This document shows, piece by piece, positions 46,279 through 53,931 of a stretch of 55,046 bases of DNA (positions within the stretch are counted from its first letter, which is position 1; each line of letters starts with the position of its first letter). Below the pieces are notes generated by a model. The model did not search any database. It was not told where the DNA came from and saw only the letters and a list, made by a program, of their open reading frames with translations. The DNA is taken from the IMG/VR virus record IMGVR_UViG_3300020451_002514, positions 1 to 55,046 of that record; one strand, 5' to 3'. Position numbers and translations under genes: made by a program. Source of the stretch: a virus (Duplodnaviria > Caudoviricetes).

Positions 46279-46956
46279 ATGAAGAAATTTATTCTTACAC
46301 TACTATTGGGCGCTATCTTTGGTGGCGCAGCGTTTGGCACAACTCTAGCAGATTCTTCTGTAGGAGTTGGCTTTTCAGCCTCTAATTTTGAAACAAGTAG
46401 AGGTTTAGCAGTTAGAGAAGACTCTCTGGGTTATTCTCTTAATTTAACAGCTCCCGTAAGCGGTGGAGACCTTTCTTTCGGTGTCGGCTTGTATGATATC
46501 GATGGAGATTCTGAAGATTCAGATTACTCTATTTCTTATACAAGAGGCATTGAGTTATTCGGTCAGAAACTAGGAGCAAAAGCAAGCTTTTCAGGACTTG
46601 ACTCTACTTTTGGAGACAGGGATGAAATTGCAGTAGGTTTACTTTACAAGTATTCTATCGTAGATGCAGAATTAGCCGTTTGGCATGATTTTGATAACGA
46701 TTGGTACGGTGTTGAAATTGGAGCTTCTACCTCTGTTGAGACCCCTATTTCAAATCTTACAGTAACCCCATTTGTTACTTTAAATCTTGTAGACGAATAC
46801 ACTGCTATTGAGGCTGGTCTCAAAGCAAGTTATCCTGTTACAGATCAAATATCTACATCCTTAAAAGCATCTTACAATAATAATGACTTTGATGGATCTT
46901 CTTTTGAAGTAGAAGACGAGTGGATTATTGGCGCAGGAATAGGATACAAATTCTAA
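46279..46956 (+). CDS. Outer-membrane beta-barrel protein
   Basis: Sec signal MKKFILTLLLGAIFGGAAFG, alternating beta strands, C-terminal Bam signal IIGAGIGYKF. Confidence 0.8.
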   Translation: MKKFILTLLLGAIFGGAAFGTTLADSSVGVGFSASNFETSRGLAVREDSLGYSLNLTAPVSGGDLSFGVGLYDIDGDSEDSDYSISYTRGIELFGQKLGAKASFSGLDSTFGDRDEIAVGLLYKYSIVDAELAVWHDFDNDWYGVEIGASTSVETPISNLTVTPFVTLNLVDEYTAIEAGLKASYPVTDQISTSLKASYNNNDFDGSSFEVEDEWIIGAGIGYKF

Positions 46957-46993
46957 TTAAAATTAATTTTAAATTAGTTTTAAAAACAAAATT

Positions 46994-47023
46994 AAAAAGC
47001 TCTCCGCAAGGAGGGCTTTTTTT
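46994..47023 (+). terminator. Rho-independent terminator
   Basis: AAAAAGCTCTCC-GCAA-GGAGGGC-TTTTTTT (GNRA loop, U-tract). Confidence 0.9.
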
Positions 47024-47029
47024 GTGTAA
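47024..47029 (+). promoter_or_regulatory. GTGTAA motif (candidate late promoter of the lysis cassette)
   Basis: Immediately after the terminator and 9 nt before the ATG at 47039. Confidence 0.55.
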
Positions 47030-47038
47030 GTACTTTCA

Positions 47039-47356
47039 ATGGAACCAGAAAAATCCTTGTTAAAAGAATTCCTTCAGGGTGGATGGCTTGTCCCTTTGAT
47101 TGGAGCCGCCGCCATGTTTGCTAGACTTTTGTCTGGAGATAATGAATTGTCTATAAAACAACAATTTAAAAGGATTCTTACTGCCGCCTTAGCATCAGGT
47201 GTGGCTTGGTTTATCTTAGAACAAACTGATGTATCATCCCTTACAAAAGCCATAACTTATGGTATAATAGGCGTAGTTAGTCCAGAAGTTATAGGAGGCA
47301 TTGTTAGACTAGCTCAAAGATTTGAAAAAAATCCAGAAAAATTTCTTAAAAAATGA
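47039..47356 (+). CDS. Putative holin
   Basis: 105 aa, three hydrophobic segments, basic C-terminus, upstream of the endolysin. Confidence 0.65.
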   Translation: MEPEKSLLKEFLQGGWLVPLIGAAAMFARLLSGDNELSIKQQFKRILTAALASGVAWFILEQTDVSSLTKAITYGIIGVVSPEVIGGIVRLAQRFEKNPEKFLKK

Positions 47357-47958
47357 GACCCAAAATTATAGTTTACTGTCTTTCAATAATTTGTCTACTC
47401 TTTGGTGTCAAAGGGTTTGAACTAAACAAAGATATACAAAATACACTAAAAGAAAACGCCAGACAATCAGAGTCTTCTATTATGGAAATAGGAATGTGCT
47501 TTGATTGGTATGGTGTGATAATAGTTAATTCTGTAATTAAAACATCTCACGGTACAATGACACCAGCAGAGATGGTAGATACTTTGAAAGAGGAGAGTGG
47601 TTATAAGGATGAATATCTAGAGGGTTACAAAAAAGACATTACGCCGAAAGAGAAAGAGTATGCTGAGTTTGTTTTTGCTCAAGAAGAGAAGATAAGTGCA
47701 TATGTAGATGAACTAATCGCTTGGGCGGAGAAAGGTGATATAGAAATGATTAAAGCCTCTATACCTAGAATGTATGAAATGACAGATCCAACTATTGATG
47801 CTATAAACAATATTATGGACACAAAAATGTACTATAATGAGGAGCAATCAGAGATTCTAAACCAGAAGATAGAGAGGTTTTCTGATTTTATTTGCCTATT
47901 AATGGCTTTATGCGTAGTGATGTCTGTAAGTGCATCATTTAGCAGAAAATGTAGATAA
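47353..47958 (+). CDS. Two-TM membrane protein with chemoreceptor-like four-helix bundle sensor domain
   Basis: TM1 - DWYGVIIVNSVIK...ITPKEKE...MYEMTDPTIDAINNIMD - TM2 - stop. Resembles 4HB_MCP_1. Confidence 0.6.
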   Translation: MRPKIIVYCLSIICLLFGVKGFELNKDIQNTLKENARQSESSIMEIGMCFDWYGVIIVNSVIKTSHGTMTPAEMVDTLKEESGYKDEYLEGYKKDITPKEKEYAEFVFAQEEKISAYVDELIAWAEKGDIEMIKASIPRMYEMTDPTIDAINNIMDTKMYYNEEQSEILNQKIERFSDFICLLMALCVVMSVSASFSRKCR

Positions 47959-47959
47959 G

Positions 47960-48580
47960 ATGAATTTTAAAGGCAAAAAAGAAGTAGTAAAAGCTGTTCA
48001 AAAACTTATTGGCGTTTCTGCTGATGGGGCAGATGGACCTGTAACTTGGAATGCTATTTTGTCTGAACTATCAACAAAGAAAGATAATATGAATGGTAAA
48101 GACGTACCTCAAAAAATGGTTTTACTAGCCCGTGAGGAGATAGGTGTATCAGAAGTTGATGGAAGCAATTGTGGACCCAGAGTTGATGAATACAAAGCCG
48201 CTACTTGGCTTGACCCAGATAAAGGCTGGCCTTGGTGCGCTGCTTTTATTTGCTGGTTAGTAAGAGAAGCCATTGAAGGAGAAGATGTAAAATTTAAAAG
48301 ACCTAGAACTGCTGGAGCATGGGATTTTGAGAACTGGGCAAAACAGCAAGTTGCAAATGGTGTAGATCTCCGCAAGCCAACTAATGAAGCTATTAAAGCT
48401 GGAGATATTGTTGTGTTTACTTTTTCTCATATAGGTATTGCTGTAAAAGACATAGACTCAAAGGGTTATGTAACTACTATAGAAGGTAATACTAATGGAG
48501 CTGGGAGTAGAGAAGGTGGCTCTGTGTTAGAGAAAAAACGTCACGTTTCTAAAATAAGAAGTAGGATAAGAATTCTTTAA
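47960..48580 (+). CDS. Endolysin: peptidoglycan-binding domain plus CHAP amidase
   Basis: VKAVQKLIGVSADGADGPVTW (PG_binding_1); PWCAAFICW...GDIVVF..SHIGI...TIEGNT (CHAP). Confidence 0.9.
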   Translation: MNFKGKKEVVKAVQKLIGVSADGADGPVTWNAILSELSTKKDNMNGKDVPQKMVLLAREEIGVSEVDGSNCGPRVDEYKAATWLDPDKGWPWCAAFICWLVREAIEGEDVKFKRPRTAGAWDFENWAKQQVANGVDLRKPTNEAIKAGDIVVFTFSHIGIAVKDIDSKGYVTTIEGNTNGAGSREGGSVLEKKRHVSKIRSRIRIL

Positions 48581-48623
48581 TATTTTGTTGCTTTATTTTC
48601 TTTTTACGTTATTTCTTTTTTAA

Positions 48624-48920
48624 ATGAAGGGTACACCTATAAAAGTTGATAGAAATGAAATATTTAATTTTGTAGTAGGCAACTCTATTTTTGATCCGAT
48701 AGAAAAGTGTATAGACCCTACTAGGTATGAAGTATTTGATACTTTTATTTATGACAATGAGACGGATAGAAAATACATTCAAGGGCCAGTCTATAATAGA
48801 TTTTGCTGGGAGGTAAGCAAGTTAAAAAACTTAACTGAAAAAATGGAAGCGCCTGAAATAAGCAGACTTTGTGAAGAATTAGAGGAAATAGCTCCTAAAT
48901 TAGTAACTCTTTATAAATAA
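48624..48920 (+). CDS. Hypothetical protein
   Basis: 98 aa ORF on the coding strand. Confidence 0.6.
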   Translation: MKGTPIKVDRNEIFNFVVGNSIFDPIEKCIDPTRYEVFDTFIYDNETDRKYIQGPVYNRFCWEVSKLKNLTEKMEAPEISRLCEELEEIAPKLVTLYK

Positions 48921-48969
48921 TTCCCTGTTTTTTCTCATTGTGTAATATATTGTATAACTATAATATATT

Positions 48970-49158
48970 ATGGAAGTAATTCTCAAATTAATTGAAGACA
49001 ATCCTTGGTTCGGTGTTCTTACCGCCGCAATCGCTTTCGCATCTGCAATTACAGCAGCAACTCCTACTCCAAAAAAGGGTACTCTTTGGGCTAAAATTTA
49101 TAGCCTTATAGATTGGGCTGCTATTAACATAGGCAAAGCGAAAGATAAAGGGGAATAA
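48970..49158 (+). CDS. Small membrane protein, holin-like
   Basis: Hydrophobic segment plus ASAITAATPTPK...IDWAAINIGKAK. Confidence 0.55.
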   Translation: MEVILKLIEDNPWFGVLTAAIAFASAITAATPTPKKGTLWAKIYSLIDWAAINIGKAKDKGE

Positions 49159-49161
49159 TCC

Positions 49162-49189
49162 TTGAATAATCTTTGTGATAGGCTATAAT
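49162..49189 (+). promoter_or_regulatory. Sigma70-type promoter of the heptose kinase operon
   Basis: TTGAAT-N16-TATAAT, 7 nt before the ATG at 49197. Confidence 0.6.
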
Positions 49190-49196
49190 ACTCTTA

Positions 49197-49571
49197 ATGA
49201 GTATGCAGCCTATTTTTAGTCGATTAGAAGTTCACCCCAAGGGTTGGGGAGAAGAGCTTTGGATTACCAACAATTATAAATATTGTGGTAAAATTTTGCG
49301 CTTTAAAAAAGGGTCTTCTTTCTCTATGCATTATCATATACAGAAGGAAGAAACTTGGTGTGTTACTAGGGGTAAGCTTAAGTTAGAATATTTTAATTTA
49401 GAGAACTCTGAACGTTTTGAAAAAGAGTTAATAGAAGGCGACACTGTTCATTTAAAACCCTGCATACCACATAAGTTGACGGCTTTAGAGGACTCGGATG
49501 TATTTGAGGTTAGCACCCAACATTTTAATGAAGATTCTTATAGGGTAGAAAAAGGTTCGTCGCAGAAATGA
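49197..49571 (+). CDS. Cupin sugar isomerase-like protein
   Basis: KGWGEELWI...SMHYHIQKEETW...PHKL...EVST...DSYR. Confidence 0.8.
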   Translation: MSMQPIFSRLEVHPKGWGEELWITNNYKYCGKILRFKKGSSFSMHYHIQKEETWCVTRGKLKLEYFNLENSERFEKELIEGDTVHLKPCIPHKLTALEDSDVFEVSTQHFNEDSYRVEKGSSQK

Positions 49572-50314
49572 AGTTTTTAGTTATAGGTGAAACTTGTAAA
49601 GACGAGTTTTGCTATGGCAAAGCTAATCGTTTGTGTCCAGAAGCTCCTGTTCCTGTATTTATACCAGATCATAATACAAGCAACTTAGGTATGGCGGCTA
49701 ATGTTTATGAAAATATGCGGGCTATAGATAATGAGACTCATAAAGATATGCCTCTTAAAAATGACATAGCATTAAGTACTAATTACTGCGTTGGTTCTAA
49801 AACTAGATATATTGACATAGAATCAAATCAAATGTTTTTAAGGGTTGATACAGATAAGTATGAACCTTGCGACAAACTGCCAGAAAACATAGAATCATTT
49901 GATGCTATTATTGTTTCAGATTATAACAAAGGTTACCTAACAGACTCGCAGTTAAGAGAGATAGCAAGTAGGAGCAAGCTAAGTTTTTTAGATACGAAAA
50001 AAAACTATAATCAAGAATGGGCTAATTTGTTTACTTTTATTAAGATAAATGAAAAAGAACATAAGGAGAACGGTTGGACACATCAAGGAGAGAACTTGAT
50101 AATTACAAAAGGTTCAAAGGGTTGTTGGTATAATAGCAAAGATTATAAACTGAGTAAACCTTCAGAAGTTAGAGATGTTTCGGGCGCAGGAGACACATTC
50201 TTAGCTGCGTTTGCCTACTCATATACTGCTACAAAAGACATTGAATGCTCAATAATATATGCTCAAGATTGTTGTCAAAGAGTCATTAAAAAGAAAGGCG
50301 TTGCTACAATATGA
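49568..50314 (+). CDS. hldE: Heptose-7-phosphate kinase (HldE/RfaE domain I, PfkB family)
   Basis: RLCPEAPVPV; GMAANV; KTRY; RVD; VSDYNKG; DVSGAGDTF. Confidence 0.88.
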   Translation: MKFLVIGETCKDEFCYGKANRLCPEAPVPVFIPDHNTSNLGMAANVYENMRAIDNETHKDMPLKNDIALSTNYCVGSKTRYIDIESNQMFLRVDTDKYEPCDKLPENIESFDAIIVSDYNKGYLTDSQLREIASRSKLSFLDTKKNYNQEWANLFTFIKINEKEHKENGWTHQGENLIITKGSKGCWYNSKDYKLSKPSEVRDVSGAGDTFLAAFAYSYTATKDIECSIIYAQDCCQRVIKKKGVATI

Positions 50315-50805
50315 AACATAGAAAAATAGTATCATTTGAAGAAGTTAAGCAAGAGAGGCTTTTTGCAAAAGAGCTTGAATCTTGTGGAATAAAAAAGTTT
50401 TTTATTTTCACCAATGGATGTTTTGATTTATTCCATGCTGGTCATGCAAGCCTACTTAATGCAATGAAGAGCGCTTGTAGTTTAAACTCTAAGCTGGTAG
50501 TTGGTATAAATGGAGATGCGAGTGTTAAATCTATAAAAGGTAAAAACAGACCAATAATACCAGCGAAACAAAGAGCTTATACAGTAGCTTGTCATGAATC
50601 TGTTGATTATGTTTTTATTTTTAATACTAAAACTGTAGCTAAACAACTAAAAGAACTTCAGCCAGACTTCTGGTGTAAGGGTGGCGATTATGATGAAGAT
50701 GCTTTAAATAAATCAGAGATGAAAGCAAAAGGTAATGCTATATTAAAAGTTATACCATTTATAGAAAACATAAGCACTAGCGATATTATTAAAAAAATAA
50801 AATGA
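50311..50805 (+). CDS. hldE: Heptose-1-phosphate adenylyltransferase (HldE/RfaE domain II)
   Basis: FTNGCFDLFHAGH; VGINGDASV..IKGKNRPI; VDYV; KGGDY; STSDII. Confidence 0.88.
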   Translation: MKHRKIVSFEEVKQERLFAKELESCGIKKFFIFTNGCFDLFHAGHASLLNAMKSACSLNSKLVVGINGDASVKSIKGKNRPIIPAKQRAYTVACHESVDYVFIFNTKTVAKQLKELQPDFWCKGGDYDEDALNKSEMKAKGNAILKVIPFIENISTSDIIKKIK

Positions 50806-51140
50806 AATACATTGTAGATATTGACGGCACAATTTGTACACATGACAGCCCAGATACTCCTTACGACCAAGCAAGGCCAATAAAAGATAGGATACACTTT
50901 TTTAATCAATTATTTGATGCTGGTCATGAGATAGTTTACTGGACTGCTAGAGGGGGTAATAGTGGCAAAGATCATACTACCTTAACAAAAAAACAACTTG
51001 ATCAGTGGGGCGTTAAAAGAACAAAATTAATGATGGGTAAGCCGCCATATGATTATTGGATTGACGATAAAGCTTACAATGTAAAAGATTTTTTTATGAC
51101 TGACACGACAACGGGGGAGACAAAAACAATTACATTATGA
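50802..51140 (+). CDS. HAD-family phosphatase
   Basis: VDIDGTIC; YWTARG; GKPPYDYWIDDKA. Confidence 0.85.
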   Translation: MKYIVDIDGTICTHDSPDTPYDQARPIKDRIHFFNQLFDAGHEIVYWTARGGNSGKDHTTLTKKQLDQWGVKRTKLMMGKPPYDYWIDDKAYNVKDFFMTDTTTGETKTITL

Positions 51141-51673
51141 TATCAAATAAAGCAAAAAGCTTATCTTCAGCGGGGCATATAAATCAATCTTTTAAGGCAG
51201 GGACAGAAGGTCAGCAAAGATTTTATGATTCTTGTAGAGCATTAAATAAAGATATAAAGAAAACCTCAAAAGCTGATGATATTGTAAACCATACAGATTT
51301 TGTTGTAGATGGTCAGACTTTTGATGTTAAAGGTTTAAAAAAGACGCAAAAAGAGGGTAAAATTTTACTAGAGTTAAAAAATGTTCAAGGTAAAATGGGT
51401 TGGTGCAACCATGAACTAAAACCTGAGTGGATAGCTTTTGATTTCGGAGCATTTTTCCTTTGTGTTCGAAATACTCATTTAAGAGAGTTGGTGGAAAATA
51501 AGTGCGATTGGACTGATGAAGTTTCTAGAGTAAATGATGCTTTATATAAAGGTTATACTAGAAAAGATAGAAAAGATTTAATGACTGTTGTAACCTTGTT
51601 TGATGTTTTAAATACATGCGAGCATTGGTTTTTACCTTATCAGGAACATCGTTCCCCAATGGAGCTTCTATAG
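51137..51673 (+). CDS. Putative PD-(D/E)XK nuclease
   Basis: HTDF...FDVKG...LLELKNVQGKMGW. Confidence 0.6.
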   Translation: MISNKAKSLSSAGHINQSFKAGTEGQQRFYDSCRALNKDIKKTSKADDIVNHTDFVVDGQTFDVKGLKKTQKEGKILLELKNVQGKMGWCNHELKPEWIAFDFGAFFLCVRNTHLRELVENKCDWTDEVSRVNDALYKGYTRKDRKDLMTVVTLFDVLNTCEHWFLPYQEHRSPMELL

Positions 51674-51700
51674 TGTAAAAATAGTAAATATATACATATC

Positions 51701-53287
51701 ATGCCTCTTCCAGTTCCAAATAATAACGAAAAAAAAAGCGACTTCATGAGTCGTTGTGTTACAAATTTAACAGATAAAAAAGAATTTAAGGATAACCAGC
51801 AGAGAGTTGCAGTCTGTATGAATATCTTTAGTGATTCTGAATCTAAAGCTTCTGTAGTTACAGGAGAAGGTGAAGACAAAAAATTATTTTTCACTGAAGC
51901 GGCTAATGAAAATAAGACTTTAAATAAACCATTCAGGACTTCAAAAGGGCCAAAGAAGTTTTCTGTTTATGTAAAAAATAAAAAAGGAAACGTCGTTAAA
52001 GTAAATTTTGGTGATCCAAATATGGAAATAAAAAGAGATGACCCTAAAAGAAGAAAAGCTTTTAGGAGCAGACATAGCTGCGATACAGCTAAAGATAAAA
52101 CAACTCCTAGATATTGGTCCTGCAAAATGTGGAGCGCTAGGAGTGTCACTAATATAACCAAGGGATCAGAAGAGTATGAGTGGGATGGAGAAACACTATT
52201 TGACCATGACGAGCTTTTGTCTGCTTGTCCATCATTAGCTTATGTTGATGAAATAACAGAGGAATCAGAAGCAGCAAAACGTCGTGGTCCTAAAAGTGGA
52301 GCGCAGACACCAGCAGAACCAAGTGAAAGGAAAAAGGGTTCTAAAAGAAATCCAAAAGGTAGTGCTAAAAAAGGTGGAGGCAAAATTACATTTAGTGAAA
52401 AGACAACTAATGCACTAAAAGAAAAAGTAAAGGCACACAATGCCAAATATTCAAAGAAGGTGACTTTAGGCCAGTTGAAGCGTGTTTACAGGCGTGGTGC
52501 TGGAGCTTTTAGTACATCTCATAGGCCAAATATGAGTAGGCACGGTTGGGCTATGGCTAGAGTGAATACATTTCTTAAAATGATGAGAGGTGGAAAGGTA
52601 AAAGAATCATACAGAAAAGCCGATCAAGATATAGCTAAAGCTGCTTACAAAGATAAAAAAGTCTATGGCATGGATATGGAGGATAAAGAAAAGACTGTAT
52701 TTAAATCTTATATGAGTCACTGCATGATGACTGATGGTGAGCTTATTGACACAAAAGATATGGATATGGACAAAACAATGTCTACTTGTGCAGTTCAGTA
52801 CAAGAAAGATAGAGCCATGCTTATGGAAGAGAACGAGGGTCAGTTAACAGAAAAGCAAAAAAAACTTCCTAGCTGGTTGCAAAAACAAATTTTAAAGAAA
52901 CAAAAAGAAAAGGAGAGTAGCGCTCACCATTATGGCAAAAAGAAAAAGTCTTATGGCTCTCCTGATGTAAGTAAACATTACTTTGAAACCAAAGAAGAGG
53001 CTGAAAAAGATGCAGAGAAGATGGGTTTGAAAGGTATCCACACACATAAAACTGATGATGGTAAGACTTTGTATATGGCAGGTCCAAATCATGAGGCTTT
53101 TATGAAGCGTCACGATGAGATTTTGAAAGAGAAAGAAAAATCTGACAGTAGCCTTTGGGAGAATATCAGAAAGAAAAAAGAGCGTATTAAAAGAGGTTCT
53201 GGAGAAAAGATGAGGAAAAAAGGTGATAAGGGCGCTCCTACACCAGAGCAAATGGAAAGAGCAAAAGGTTCAGAGAAATCTAATTAA
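51701..53287 (+). CDS. Modular Lys/Arg-rich protein, candidate internal head polyprotein
   Basis: A chain of small basic modules separated by linkers, preceded by GTGTAA at 51673. Confidence 0.6.
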   Translation: MPLPVPNNNEKKSDFMSRCVTNLTDKKEFKDNQQRVAVCMNIFSDSESKASVVTGEGEDKKLFFTEAANENKTLNKPFRTSKGPKKFSVYVKNKKGNVVKVNFGDPNMEIKRDDPKRRKAFRSRHSCDTAKDKTTPRYWSCKMWSARSVTNITKGSEEYEWDGETLFDHDELLSACPSLAYVDEITEESEAAKRRGPKSGAQTPAEPSERKKGSKRNPKGSAKKGGGKITFSEKTTNALKEKVKAHNAKYSKKVTLGQLKRVYRRGAGAFSTSHRPNMSRHGWAMARVNTFLKMMRGGKVKESYRKADQDIAKAAYKDKKVYGMDMEDKEKTVFKSYMSHCMMTDGELIDTKDMDMDKTMSTCAVQYKKDRAMLMEENEGQLTEKQKKLPSWLQKQILKKQKEKESSAHHYGKKKKSYGSPDVSKHYFETKEEAEKDAEKMGLKGIHTHKTDDGKTLYMAGPNHEAFMKRHDEILKEKEKSDSSLWENIRKKKERIKRGSGEKMRKKGDKGAPTPEQMERAKGSEKSN

Positions 53288-53300
53288 AAATTAATTTTAA

Positions 53301-53462
53301 TTACCTAAACACAACATAAATTAGTCCTAGAATTATAACTATTAGGATTTTTATCGGGATATCATCCCAAGGGGGCTTTATGTTATTAAAGTCCTTCGCT
53401 TCTTTTTTTGTCCTAGGTCTTTCAGTCACTCTACTTCTTGGGTAATCTTCGTCTATGGTCAT
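53301..53462 (-). CDS. Small membrane-anchored protein, 53 aa (not in the ORF track)
   Basis: MTIDEDYPRSRVTERPRTKKEAKDFNNIKPPWDDIPIKILIVIILGLIYVVFR* with a C-terminal TM helix. Confidence 0.55.
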   Translation of the reverse strand: MTIDEDYPRSRVTERPRTKKEAKDFNNIKPPWDDIPIKILIVIILGLIYVVFR

Positions 53463-53583
53463 TTTACACTACTTACATCTATATGCAAGTTTGGTAAAAA
53501 AAAGTACGTGTCATTTATGTAACATGTTTTCATTTTTCGAATAAAAATTGAAATAGGTGTAATTATTTTATATCATTATTAAA

Positions 53584-53931
53584 GTGAAAACCATCGTAAA
53601 AAAGACCATAAAGTTTGAAACAAAGCGGCACGACTTTGATAATGATTTTGCATATATTGAACATTGGCAGAATACAACACTCAAAGATTGCTATTTTGCA
53701 GAAAAACAATATCTTTTTCCAGATGGATCGCTAAAAATAGGTGGTACTAAGTATTTTTACTCGCCTTTCTCTGGAGAAGATATAGAAAAACAGATCGAAC
53801 CCGTTAATTTTAATAAATTTAAATGGTTTGATAGATTATTTTATATAAACAGAGAAGGTGAGATTTGTCCTATTTGCCAAAAGTGTGAGTTAGACAACGA
53901 ATTATCTTCTACAAAAAATGAAGATATTTAA
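53584..53931 (+). CDS. Hypothetical protein with C-terminal CxxC
   Basis: 115 aa, TAATG-coupled to the next gene, GTGTAA at 53557. Confidence 0.6.
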   Translation: MKTIVKKTIKFETKRHDFDNDFAYIEHWQNTTLKDCYFAEKQYLFPDGSLKIGGTKYFYSPFSGEDIEKQIEPVNFNKFKWFDRLFYINREGEICPICQKCELDNELSSTKNEDI

